Assembly: GCA_022729315.1 (NCBI GenBank)
Contig: JALDAF010000003.1
Coordinates: 1 to 41,719 of the forward strand
Reading direction: 5' to 3'
Origin: Candidatus Nanohalalkaliarchaeum halalkaliphilum
Lineage (GTDB): Archaea; Nanohalarchaeota; Nanosalinia; Nanosalinales; Nanohalalkaliarchaeaceae
Length of the DNA stretch: 41,719 nt
Shown here one piece after another: positions 15,924-25,210 of the stretch (positions are counted from its first letter, which is position 1; each line of letters opens with the position of its first letter). The notes beneath the pieces are model-generated. The model ran no database searches. It was given only the letters and a program-made list of their open reading frames with translations, and was not told the origin of the DNA. Made by a program: the position numbers and the translations under genes.

Positions 15924-16796
15924 ATGAACATCGGAATAGCAGGTACGGACCGACAGCAGGAAGAGGACTGGATCATGGACGAAATCACGGAACGCGGCCA
16001 CGATGCCGTGTTCATCGATCCGTCAGACGTGTCATACGTCCTGTCGGACGGCGATCTCGACATCCGGTACAGCGGCAACTCGTTAAACGATCTGGACGTG
16101 GTGTTCGTCCGCCGTACCCGGTTCGACCTGGAGGCCAGTCGCGACCTGGTTGCGGCACTGGACACGATCGGTGTTCGCACCATCGAACGGAAGGACGTGT
16201 TCTACAACCCATTATCCAAGTTCATCAGCCTCCTCAGCTTTGTTGATACCGAGATCGATGCTATCGCCATCCCATCAACAGGGATCGCGAAATGCCGGGA
16301 GGATGCGGGGCAGATCGCGGACAGAATCGGCTACCCGCTTATCACGAAACCGATCGCCGGCCGGGAAGGAGAAGGCGTCCAGCGGATCGACGACGCTGCA
16401 GAACTTGACACCGTGCTGGCCGATGCTGCGTTCCCGATGCTGCTCCAGGAGTTCCTGGATGTTGAGGAAGAGTACCGCATCCTTGTCGTTGGTGACACGG
16501 CACTGGGCGCGGTGACGAAGGAACCGATCGAGGGGGACGATGATTCCGTGGCCCGGAACTTCGCGCAGGGGGCCGAGTTCAATCCTGCGGACGTCGACCA
16601 CCTGTTCGAACCGGCCGTTCAGATCGCGCAGGCCATGAACATCGAACTCGCCGGTGTAGATATCGTCAAGACCACGGACGGTGACTACTACGAGATCGAA
16701 TGCAACCGCTGCCCACAGTTCAAGGGATTCACGCAGGCACACGAGGATGTGGACGTTCCCGCGCACATCGTGGATTACATCGAGGAACAGGTGTAA
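15924..16796 (+). CDS. RimK/LysX-family ATP-grasp ligase (copy B)
   Basis: GYPLITKPIAGREGEGV, LLQEFL, EYRILVVG, ARNFAQGA, AGVDIV...IECNRCPQFKGF. Confidence 0.92.
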   Translation: MNIGIAGTDRQQEEDWIMDEITERGHDAVFIDPSDVSYVLSDGDLDIRYSGNSLNDLDVVFVRRTRFDLEASRDLVAALDTIGVRTIERKDVFYNPLSKFISLLSFVDTEIDAIAIPSTGIAKCREDAGQIADRIGYPLITKPIAGREGEGVQRIDDAAELDTVLADAAFPMLLQEFLDVEEEYRILVVGDTALGAVTKEPIEGDDDSVARNFAQGAEFNPADVDHLFEPAVQIAQAMNIELAGVDIVKTTDGDYYEIECNRCPQFKGFTQAHEDVDVPAHIVDYIEEQV

Positions 16797-16858
16797 GGCG
16801 GCCGGTGGGAGACATAACTTCTTACAGTTATTTAAGTCTGAACGGGCGAGTTGCATCC

Positions 16859-17689
16859 ATGGATCTGTTCGGGAAGAAGGCACAGCAGGAGCTTGAATCA
16901 CTCAAGGAAGAGCTGGCCGAAACACAGAAGGCGCTGGAAGAGACCGAACAGGCACTGGAACGGTACCGATCAAAGTTCCGGAACGCCGAGACGGAGAAAC
17001 AGGAGGCACACAAGGATCGGAAGGACGCCGAGCAACGCCTCCAGAACCTGAAACAGTCCATCGACTCCGCCGCGGACAACGTGCGTGACACGCTTCCACT
17101 CCAGGACCTGGAACATGTACTGTCCAGCCTCGAGGATATCGAGTTTATGACGGCGCACGCCTACACCGCCTACCTTCCACCGCAACATGCGGTGTTCGCT
17201 GATGACACGGACGGTGGAGAAATCATCTTCTTTGATCCGTACACGACCGGGGTCGTACTGTATCCGCCGGTACCGGTGAAACTGGAGCAGACCAGTGCAC
17301 GCACATTCCAGACCGGACAGCTGGAGACATTGTTGAACGGCACCTACCTGTACGTCCACCTGTCCGAAGACGGTTCTGGCGCGGCCATCATCCAGGAACA
17401 GGACGTGACCGACCACGTCCTACAGCCCGATGCAGCGGTGGACAGCCTGATCGAGGAACTTGAGAATCTGCAGGTTCAGGACTGCCAGCACATCCTCGTG
17501 ACCGGTGACGACGAACCGGTCACAAGATTTACCGAACAGCTCGATCAGCCGGTGAACCTGGCCACATCAAAGCTGTTGAGTGTTAACCGGAAGACAGATC
17601 TGAAGCAGGCGTTCACCTCAGCGTTCACGGTAGAGTGCCGCCGACTCACGGATGAGGATATCGAACAGATCAAGGAAAACGTGTTCTGA
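16859..17689 (+). CDS. Coiled-coil protein resembling the archaeal Vms1/ANKZF1 (VLRF1) family, catalytic loop absent
   Basis: MDLFGKK plus long coiled coil, LEHVLSSLEDIE...YTAYLPP, VVLYPPVP, then RF1-like alpha/beta core with ILVTGD; no HxxGGxSQ motif. Confidence 0.55.
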   Translation: MDLFGKKAQQELESLKEELAETQKALEETEQALERYRSKFRNAETEKQEAHKDRKDAEQRLQNLKQSIDSAADNVRDTLPLQDLEHVLSSLEDIEFMTAHAYTAYLPPQHAVFADDTDGGEIIFFDPYTTGVVLYPPVPVKLEQTSARTFQTGQLETLLNGTYLYVHLSEDGSGAAIIQEQDVTDHVLQPDAAVDSLIEELENLQVQDCQHILVTGDDEPVTRFTEQLDQPVNLATSKLLSVNRKTDLKQAFTSAFTVECRRLTDEDIEQIKENVF

Positions 17690-17692
17690 CGG

Positions 17693-18586
17693 TTACAGTC
17701 CTTTCTGGCTTTCGCGTTCCATGACTTTTTCGTGCATGTACTGCATCATCACGTCGGGAACGTTGACGTCGATCATGTCCTGAAGTTCCTTGGAGATGCC
17801 GGGGGACATGTTGGCTTCGACGATGTACGGTCCGTCGTCGGATTCGATGATGTCGACGCCGCAGATGTCGAACCCGAGGAGTCGTGCTGCCTTCAGTGCG
17901 GCCTCCCGTGTTTCTTCGGATGCGTCGTATGGGACGCGGTTGCCGCCCGTTGAGATATTGGACCGCCATTCCTCGTCGTCTGCGACCCGCTTGTAGCAGA
18001 ATGTGTCGTCGCCGACAACGATCACGCGGACATCCTCTCCTGGGTTTTCAACGTACTGCTGGAGGCAGATATCCTGTTCGAACAGGGACATGGTGTCGAT
18101 CAAGGGACTGAGGTCTGAGCGGTTCGAGGACCGCATCACGCCTTTGCCGCCGTAGCCTGAGATGAGTTTGATGACGACCGGGTATCCGTACTCTTCTGCT
18201 GCCCGTTCCGTTTCCTCCGTGGACAGCAGGTAGGCGGAGCGCGGGATGTTGAGCCCGCCCTCGGATAGGACCTTGACCGAGTAGAACTTGTTGTTGGCCA
18301 GTGTCAGCGAGTCAGAGTCCAGTTGGGTGTAGACCCCGTTCCGTATCAGGATCTCGGGCAGGTATTCGCCGAACAGCATGTCATCGTCGAAGAACCGGAT
18401 GAATGCCGCGTCGAACGTGGAAAGATCCGTGTTCTTATACATCGGCTTGAGTCCGTCGTCGTACACGATCTTGATACCGTCGACGGGAACTGCCATCACG
18501 TGGTCAAAGTAGTGCTGTGCTGCTTCGATGAACAGGTTGTGTTCCGTCGATTCTTTGCCATACAGGATCACGATGTCGAGGTCCAT
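17693..18586 (-). CDS. RimK/LysX-family ATP-grasp ligase (copy C, close paralog of copy A)
   Basis: GYPVVIKLISGYGGKGV, LQQYVENPGEDVR, WRSNISTGG, GVDII...EANMSPG. Confidence 0.92.
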   Translation of the reverse strand: MDLDIVILYGKESTEHNLFIEAAQHYFDHVMAVPVDGIKIVYDDGLKPMYKNTDLSTFDAAFIRFFDDDMLFGEYLPEILIRNGVYTQLDSDSLTLANNKFYSVKVLSEGGLNIPRSAYLLSTEETERAAEEYGYPVVIKLISGYGGKGVMRSSNRSDLSPLIDTMSLFEQDICLQQYVENPGEDVRVIVVGDDTFCYKRVADDEEWRSNISTGGNRVPYDASEETREAALKAARLLGFDICGVDIIESDDGPYIVEANMSPGISKELQDMIDVNVPDVMMQYMHEKVMERESQKGL

Positions 18587-18598
18587 GATGTAGCACGT

Positions 18599-19408
18599 TC
18601 ACGCCTTCAGATAACCGGCGACTTTTTCGTACATGTTTTTTCCACTGACTGATGTGAACCGTTCCAGGTCCGGGTCGAGGTAGGCTTCGACCACCTTCCC
18701 GTCCACGAGGCGGACCCGGCAGATGTCTGCTCCGATCGCCTTCACCGTCTGTTCTACAACCTCTTCCAGGTCGGAGGATATTGTGTGGTAGGTTTCCTTG
18801 ACCTGGTCTGCACGGAGCCGCCAGCTGTCCCCCTCCAGTTTGAGTGAGACGATATCTCCGTCAACGTACAGGCAGTCGAACGTGTCACCTTCCACGAACT
18901 CCTGCAGTATCAATACGTGCTTGCCGTGGTCCATGTGCTCCACGAAGGAACGAAGCTCTTCATCGGATTCCAGCAGTGTCATGTCCCGCCGAACAAATCC
19001 TTCAAACTTTTTGCCGACCATCGGGAACGCGATGTGATCCTCGATCCCGGACACGCCTTTCTCCGTGGACACAACTGCGGTCGCCGGGATCGGTACGTTA
19101 CGCTCCTCCAGGACCTGTGGCAGATAGTTCTTTTTGGCAAGGATAAAGAACGTGGCCGCATCGATATTTGTCGTGATATCCTTCTCCAGCAACACTTCAA
19201 GGAATACCCGGGAGAAGATCGCGGTCTTCGGCCGGGGATCCATGTATAACGCATCGTAATCATCGATAGATTCGCCTTCCACCAGGACCTGTTCTCCGTT
19301 TCCTGCATCGATCCGGACGCTGGCGATCGATTTCGTGGTGACCTCGTCGAAATAATCCTCAAACTGCTCTGCAAACGTGTCATTGTCCGTTATCATCAGT
19401 AAATTCAT
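18599..19408 (-). CDS. Degenerate RimK-like ATP-grasp protein (copy D, probably inactive)
   Basis: VPIPAT, FPMVGK, LILQEFVEG retained; Gly-rich loop and the D...ExN metal ligands replaced (CRVRL...EAY). Confidence 0.75.
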   Translation of the reverse strand: MNLLMITDNDTFAEQFEDYFDEVTTKSIASVRIDAGNGEQVLVEGESIDDYDALYMDPRPKTAIFSRVFLEVLLEKDITTNIDAATFFILAKKNYLPQVLEERNVPIPATAVVSTEKGVSGIEDHIAFPMVGKKFEGFVRRDMTLLESDEELRSFVEHMDHGKHVLILQEFVEGDTFDCLYVDGDIVSLKLEGDSWRLRADQVKETYHTISSDLEEVVEQTVKAIGADICRVRLVDGKVVEAYLDPDLERFTSVSGKNMYEKVAGYLKA

Positions 19409-20966
19409 CGAGTTGCTTGTCACCTCCGTCGCCGTTGCCGTTCCGTTCGTCTGGTGCCCACATCCGTGTTACAGCGCCTTCTTCCCGCCAGTTCTCGGTG
19501 AAGTCCTCCACCGAATCAGGGATGATGTGTTTGAGGACGCGGCCGCTGCGCAGGATCTTACTTAACTGCATTTCTAAGCTTTTGCTTAATTGCTGGTACA
19601 GGGAGATGCTGGAATAAGTAAGATCGTTCTTGATCCGCCAGAATGCGGTGGTTCCACGTGGCGCAAGCACGAGGTAGCCGCCGTTATCTTGCGCCATCAT
19701 TGCACGACTCATTTCCGCCCTGTCAACGTAGTATACGCCGCCAGAGGAGTTGCTGGGATCGACCACGAGGATCTCCTCGCCCTCAACGCCAACGCAGAGC
19801 ACGTAGCTGTCTGCATCTGAACCGGGGAACAGCAGGGACTTATCGAAGTATGGGATAAGCAGTGCGCCGTTATTGAACCATATCTTGAACTCGTCCGCCA
19901 CGTCCGTGATCTTATCCTGTTCCACGAACGCGGTACGCACCTCTTTCTGCGTCAGTTTCTCGATAACCTCGCCCAGCGCCTCCGGTTCAGGTGGTTCTTC
20001 CACGTTTTCGCTGATATCGCCCTGTGTCACGTCGAATCCGAAGATGTTCAGCGCCATCTCCGTGGAGGCCGGTCCCTGCCGTGGGGTGGTACCCCCGACG
20101 AAGAAATCCTTGATATCTTCCAGTGTCTCGATCTCTGCCTTGACGCGTTTGAACAGGATATCCTTGCTCATAAGCTCCTTGTTCGGTGACAGCATGAAGT
20201 AGCCGCTGTCCGTTGCCACCGTTGTACTGAACGTGGAGATGTCACGGACCTCGCCGGATTCCTCGCCAAGCCTGATGCGTTTCCCGGGCTCCAGCACATC
20301 CGCACCCCGAAGATAGATGCCGGCAGCATAGTTCTGGATCAGATCCTTGAACCCGAAGAACCCGAGTGCGGCCAGGAGCAGGATAACGCCCCAGGTTGCC
20401 GCCGTCAGTGTAATATCGATAACATCCGTTGTGAACAGCCCGAGGTGTGCGATCGCGATCTGGACGACAACCAGGTACAGCAGGAACTTGACACCGGTCA
20501 GGAACGCATCAAGGAACTTCGGTGACATGCCAATAGTCTCCACCTGTCCCCGTAACTCCAGGTTATTGATGAAGGAGCGTACGCCGACCATCAGCCCCTT
20601 CACCAGTATCACACCGAGTACAAACAGGAGGACAGCGGTCGTGAATGTTGCTACCTGGTCTGTCAGCCCCTCGAACTGGGCAAGTATCCGGGCGTTGATC
20701 GTAACCAGGGATAGGACAAGGGTGATAACGATGATCAGGTACTGCACGAGTTTGTCCGGTGACCGCTGCCGTTCACGCAGCTTATCGATATGTTCCTCTG
20801 CCTGTTTCACCCGGTTCTCCCACATCTTTTGGGTGAGACTGGCTGCGATCCGTGCCAGCAGCAGCCCCACGATAAGTATAACAAGTGCAAGGAGGACCCG
20901 GGCACCCGGACTTTGCTGTAGTGAACTCAGGGCAGCAGCCCCGAGGGCAGAAGTTGAGAGTGGCAT
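19380..20966 (-). CDS. MscS-family channel with extra TM helices fused to a C-terminal inactive peptidase C39-like domain
   Basis: FGFKDLIQNYAAGIYL, PGKRIRLGEESGEV, SPNKELM (MscS); then QGPASTEMALNIFG...TQGDI and SYVLCVGVEGEEILVVDPS (C39-like fold without Cys/His). Confidence 0.8.
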   Translation of the reverse strand: MPLSTSALGAAALSSLQQSPGARVLLALVILIVGLLLARIAASLTQKMWENRVKQAEEHIDKLRERQRSPDKLVQYLIIVITLVLSLVTINARILAQFEGLTDQVATFTTAVLLFVLGVILVKGLMVGVRSFINNLELRGQVETIGMSPKFLDAFLTGVKFLLYLVVVQIAIAHLGLFTTDVIDITLTAATWGVILLLAALGFFGFKDLIQNYAAGIYLRGADVLEPGKRIRLGEESGEVRDISTFSTTVATDSGYFMLSPNKELMSKDILFKRVKAEIETLEDIKDFFVGGTTPRQGPASTEMALNIFGFDVTQGDISENVEEPPEPEALGEVIEKLTQKEVRTAFVEQDKITDVADEFKIWFNNGALLIPYFDKSLLFPGSDADSYVLCVGVEGEEILVVDPSNSSGGVYYVDRAEMSRAMMAQDNGGYLVLAPRGTTAFWRIKNDLTYSSISLYQQLSKSLEMQLSKILRSGRVLKHIIPDSVEDFTENWREEGAVTRMWAPDERNGNGDGGDKQLDEFTDDNGQ

Positions 20967-21020
20967 GATACCGTAATCCTTGTTATCCCCGGTGTCTTTA
21001 TATAATTAACCCGTTTCAAA

Positions 21021-22238
21021 TCAGTCTCTAACGCGTCCTCCGCCGATTAAACGCCACCGAGAGGCGAATCTGCGGGATATTGCGACGCGATCTCCTTCTT
21101 CGGCGCATACCGGGAGCTTGAGATCGACTGTTATCGGGTTTCCAGCGGTTGTTACGACGCCAGATGTTTTCCCGGTTCCTGTTGTCAGCAGGAGCGGTTC
21201 GTTCTCCTTGATGTTCTGTATTTCGTCAGCATCTTCGCTGCCAACCGCACGGTCCATCAGGTCCACGTCGATCGTCAACTGGTTCCGTACCGATGGCACC
21301 TTTCCTTTCAGACCGAGGGTGTTCCCTGCCAGATTATCGGACTTGGTGAGTGCCGGGTCAAGATCAGTTTCTATCCCCAGAAGCCCGCCAGGCCGTCCCT
21401 GATCCACCTGCCTGTTACCGTGGATCACGCTCTTCACGGTCGTTTCCAGCGTCTTCCATTTTCCGTCGTCCTGGTAGCCGGGACAGATTTCGATAGTGTC
21501 CCCCACTTCGATCGTTCCACGCTGCAGGCTGCCGCCGACAACACCGCCCCGTAGATCCTTTGGCGGTGTGCCCGGCTTGTTCACATCGAATGAGCGTGCG
21601 ATCAGCATCTTCGGGTCTGCATCCGCGTCACGTTCCGGTGTGGGGATTGTATCCTCAATCGTCTGCAACAGTACATCGATATTTGTCTCGTGCTGTGCGG
21701 AGATAGGGATGATCGGGGCATCCTCCGCGATGCTTCCCTGTAAGAAGTCCTTGATCTGCCGGTAGTTCTCCGTTGCCGCTTCTTCATCAACGAGGTCTAT
21801 CTTGTTCTGTACGACGATGACGTTGTCGATCCCGACCTTGTCCAGTGCCGCAAGATGTTCGCGTGTCTGTGGCTGTGGAACCTCCTCGTTTGCCGCCACC
21901 ATCAGCAGTGCACCGTCCATGATCGCGGCGCCGGACAGCACGTTCGCCATCAGTGTTTCATGCCCCGGCGCATCCACGAGACTGATGCTGCGAACCGTCT
22001 CCGGTTCAGAACCGTCGCTGCAGCTATCTTTTACCGTGTATGTACCGTCGCTGCACTGTCGGACCGTAATATCTGCGTATCCGAGGCGGATGGTGATACC
22101 GCGCTTCAGTTCTTCGGAGTGTGTATCAGTCCATTTGCCGCTGAGCGCATTCGTGAGCGTTGTCTTTCCGTGGTCCACGTGCCCGACGAGACCGATATTT
22201 GCTTCAGGTAATGGGTCGTTGCTCACGAACTGGGTCAC
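21021..22238 (-). CDS. eif2g: Translation initiation factor 2 gamma subunit
   Basis: GHVDHGKTT, RGITIRLGY, DAPGHE, QNKID, RSFDVNKPG, RWRLIG. Confidence 0.98.
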   Translation of the reverse strand: MTQFVSNDPLPEANIGLVGHVDHGKTTLTNALSGKWTDTHSEELKRGITIRLGYADITVRQCSDGTYTVKDSCSDGSEPETVRSISLVDAPGHETLMANVLSGAAIMDGALLMVAANEEVPQPQTREHLAALDKVGIDNVIVVQNKIDLVDEEAATENYRQIKDFLQGSIAEDAPIIPISAQHETNIDVLLQTIEDTIPTPERDADADPKMLIARSFDVNKPGTPPKDLRGGVVGGSLQRGTIEVGDTIEICPGYQDDGKWKTLETTVKSVIHGNRQVDQGRPGGLLGIETDLDPALTKSDNLAGNTLGLKGKVPSVRNQLTIDVDLMDRAVGSEDADEIQNIKENEPLLLTTGTGKTSGVVTTAGNPITVDLKLPVCAEEGDRVAISRRFASRWRLIGGGRVRD

Positions 22239-22247
22239 CTCGAGACG

Positions 22248-22658
22248 TTACGCGTCCTCATCCGCGTCTTCGTCTTCCTCTCCGTCTTCGGAGGGGTTGA
22301 GAAGTTCGTCAACAGACGTGTTTCCTTCCTCGACGACCTTCAGGTTTAACTGCTCAATATCATCCGCAACGGTGTTGCCGCGCACGGTTTTCCGTTGCCG
22401 TTCGCCGTCTCGAACATCTGTTGCGCCAGTATCTTTCCCGATAAGTATGCGTTTCCGGCCGGTTCCCTGGATGGATTTGCGCATCGGGAAACCGTCCTGA
22501 TCGCTTCCTCCCGTGATTTCAAGGGTGTATCCGTCGAGGCCGACCATGGTTCCGTCCACCTCATCGCCGACCTGTTTCCCGGTTAATGCGTTTGCCTGCT
22601 GTTCATCCAGTTCGAACTGGTGTGAATCGCCGTCTGGTGTGCCGATAACTGCTTGCAT
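22248..22658 (-). CDS. rps6e: 30S ribosomal protein S6e
   Basis: LEITGGSDQDGFPM, GERQRKTVRGN, QLNLKV. Confidence 0.97.
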   Translation of the reverse strand: MQAVIGTPDGDSHQFELDEQQANALTGKQVGDEVDGTMVGLDGYTLEITGGSDQDGFPMRKSIQGTGRKRILIGKDTGATDVRDGERQRKTVRGNTVADDIEQLNLKVVEEGNTSVDELLNPSEDGEEDEDADEDA

Positions 22659-22803
22659 AGTGTATCACCGTGCTCAGTCGGCCCTTTACGTTTGCATGCA
22701 GGGCGTTCCAGAGCAGTAACGGTTTGCGCTCCAACCTTTTTAAATAGTGGTATCGGGGGAGAGGGTTCATCCTTTATTAACGAGGATGCCCAATCGCTGT
22801 TGT

Positions 22804-23670
22804 ATGGCCACAGGAATCGGGGAGGCGCTGGACAGTGCATGGGATGGACTGATGCAGGTAGTGACGTTCCAGGGAACTGCACACCCACAGTTGCTTGAGG
22901 TGGCGGTGATCGCTGTCGTCGGGTTTATCGGCGGACACATCCTGTCAGAGGTTATGTTGCGGCTTCTGCGGATGACCTCTCTGGATGAGATGGGTGTGAA
23001 GTCGGATGTGCAGCGGGCACTCCGCAAACTGAACTACCACGGAACGCTGTCCAGTCTTTTCGCGGATACGGTGCGGTGGGGTATCTATATCCTTACAGTG
23101 TTTGCGATCTTCCACCGGTTCGAAGCCGAATTCGTCACCCAGTACTCGAACATCGGCATGCTGTGGCTGTCTAACGTCGTTCTGGCGATGTTCATTTTCA
23201 TCATCGGAGCACTGTTGTCGGAGCGGATCGGTGGTATCGTCGTCCAGGTGTTCCGGGCCGGCCGTATTACGGGACTGGTAGACGAATCTAATGCAGAGGT
23301 CCCACTGTACCTGGTGGTGGGCCGTGCGGTGAAATACCTGGGATACCTTGTGACGATGGTTATCGTCCTGAGCTTCCTGGGGGTGGATGATGTGATCATC
23401 CATATCCTCGTGGCCGTGATTTCGTTGAGTGTCATGCTTGCGTTCCTGATCGCTGGAAGACACGTGTTTACCAATATCGCGGTCTCGATATATTTCCAGA
23501 TGTCCCACGTGTTCCGGGGCGGCGAACAGGTAACGATCGGGGAGTACAGCGGTGAGATAATGGGGGTGCGGCCGCTGTACACGAAGATCCGGTCACATGG
23601 ACAGATCTATTACGTGCCGAACACAAAGTTGATATCCGAGGTTATCGAATACAACGGTGAAGGAGAGTGA
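22804..23670 (+). CDS. Small-conductance mechanosensitive channel (MscS family)
   Basis: Multiple TM helices, FTNIAVSIY, GEQVTIGEYSGEI, YVPNTKL. Confidence 0.85.
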   Translation: MATGIGEALDSAWDGLMQVVTFQGTAHPQLLEVAVIAVVGFIGGHILSEVMLRLLRMTSLDEMGVKSDVQRALRKLNYHGTLSSLFADTVRWGIYILTVFAIFHRFEAEFVTQYSNIGMLWLSNVVLAMFIFIIGALLSERIGGIVVQVFRAGRITGLVDESNAEVPLYLVVGRAVKYLGYLVTMVIVLSFLGVDDVIIHILVAVISLSVMLAFLIAGRHVFTNIAVSIYFQMSHVFRGGEQVTIGEYSGEIMGVRPLYTKIRSHGQIYYVPNTKLISEVIEYNGEGE

Positions 23671-23671
23671 G

Positions 23672-25123
23672 ATGCGCTGGACCGTTGTCACCTACTACGT
23701 AGGACTCTTCCTCAGGATTTTCTCAGTGTTACTGCTGGTACCGGTCGCTGTCGGCCGGTACTACGGTGAAAGCTTTGTCGTGATGGAGCCGTTCCTCATC
23801 GCATCGTTTCTTGCGATCGTCTTCGGCTCCCTGCTGACACGGGTCGGGGCAGACCATCGTCCGGAAACCGTGGAGGCCATGGCGATCGCAACGTTTGCAT
23901 GGATCCTGGCGGTCGGACTGGGGGCGATACCGGTGTACACGATCGCGGACGTGTCGATCGTGGACGCGTATTTCGACGCGATGGCAGGGTTCACAACGAC
24001 CGGGATGGATATCATACCGGCCGCGGTACTTGCGGAGTTACCATATTCGCTCCTGTTCTGGCGGGTGTTCATGCAGTGGATCGGCGGACTGGGGATCCTT
24101 ACATTCTTCGTGATGGTGCTCTCCGAGTCCGGCGGTGTGGCCAGTAAACTGGTGTCGCAGGAGGCGAACAAGACAGATTCCGGGGTTATCCGGCCATCCC
24201 TGTTCAACGCCATCAAATCCATGTGGTATGTCTACATCGTTCTGACCATCATCCAGGCGATCCTGCTGTACATGCTGGCGGTTCCCGCGTTCCACGCGGT
24301 CGGACATGCGATGGCAACCCTTCCCACCGGTGGATTCACCACGACAGGAGACTTTGCAGGGATGATGGGTGGTGGCGGCACCCAGGCCGTGCTGACCGTG
24401 TTCATGTTTCTGGGAGCAACTAACTTTCTACTGATCTATGCGCTGTTTCAGGGGGATATCTGGCGCATGATCCGGGACTTCGAGTTCCGCGTATATTTCA
24501 GTGTGTTCGCGGTTGCACTGGCACTCATCGCACTGGACCTGATTGTGAACACGGGGAGAGGATTCCAGGAAGCAGTCTCAACATCACTATTTCATACAGC
24601 AAGCATCGTAAGCTCTTCCGGATTTACGCTTGAGGCTGTTGGGGAGTTTCCAACGTTCTCCAAGGCACTGATCGTTATAATCATGTTTATCGGCGGGTCA
24701 CTCGGCTCCACCACCGGCGGTTTCAAGATGCTCAGGTTCGGGGTCATGTTTAAAGTGGTCCGACAGCACGTCAAATCGCTGACACTTCCGCCCACGGTGA
24801 TGAACCCGGTCGTGGTGAAGGGACGCATCCTCAAGGACCGCGAACTCATCGAGATCACCTCGTTCTTCTTCATCTGGCTCGGTGTGATCGTGACCGGCGG
24901 ACTGATCACGATCTGGTTTTCGCCTCACGGCGTTACGGACGCGATCCAGCTTATGACGTCCGCGGTCGGGACGATGGGTCCGACATTCATCACGGGGGAG
25001 GAGCTCCGGCAGCTTCCCGGAATCGTCAAGATCTCTCTTTCCCTCGGCATGCTTGCTGGCCGTCTAGAGATGCTACCTATCCTCGTCCTCCTGAACCGGG
25101 GGCTGGGACGGTGGATCCGGTAA
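23672..25123 (+). CDS. trkH: Trk system potassium uptake protein TrkH
   Basis: AGFTTTG, QWIGGLGI, TGGFT, GSTTGGFK, GTMGP, GRLE pore motifs. Confidence 0.95.
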   Translation: MRWTVVTYYVGLFLRIFSVLLLVPVAVGRYYGESFVVMEPFLIASFLAIVFGSLLTRVGADHRPETVEAMAIATFAWILAVGLGAIPVYTIADVSIVDAYFDAMAGFTTTGMDIIPAAVLAELPYSLLFWRVFMQWIGGLGILTFFVMVLSESGGVASKLVSQEANKTDSGVIRPSLFNAIKSMWYVYIVLTIIQAILLYMLAVPAFHAVGHAMATLPTGGFTTTGDFAGMMGGGGTQAVLTVFMFLGATNFLLIYALFQGDIWRMIRDFEFRVYFSVFAVALALIALDLIVNTGRGFQEAVSTSLFHTASIVSSSGFTLEAVGEFPTFSKALIVIIMFIGGSLGSTTGGFKMLRFGVMFKVVRQHVKSLTLPPTVMNPVVVKGRILKDRELIEITSFFFIWLGVIVTGGLITIWFSPHGVTDAIQLMTSAVGTMGPTFITGEELRQLPGIVKISLSLGMLAGRLEMLPILVLLNRGLGRWIR

Positions 25124-25210
25124 AATATACAGAAGCTTTTTATACCAGCCGTTCGCTTATCCAAACTGTACCATCAACGGTACATTCAACAGTTAATCCC
25201 ATAGTTGAGG

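Noticed and set aside
13847-19408. LysX/ArgX amino-acid biosynthesis or CofF/MptN cofactor ligation
   Set aside because: No LysW carrier, lysZ/Y/J/K or cofactor genes are in the window; cannot be excluded genome-wide.
22248-22658. eS6 as the RimK substrate because RimK modifies S6
   Set aside because: Archaeal eS6 is not homologous to bacterial bS6 and its tail ends in ...DEDA, not Glu; proximity alone is not evidence.
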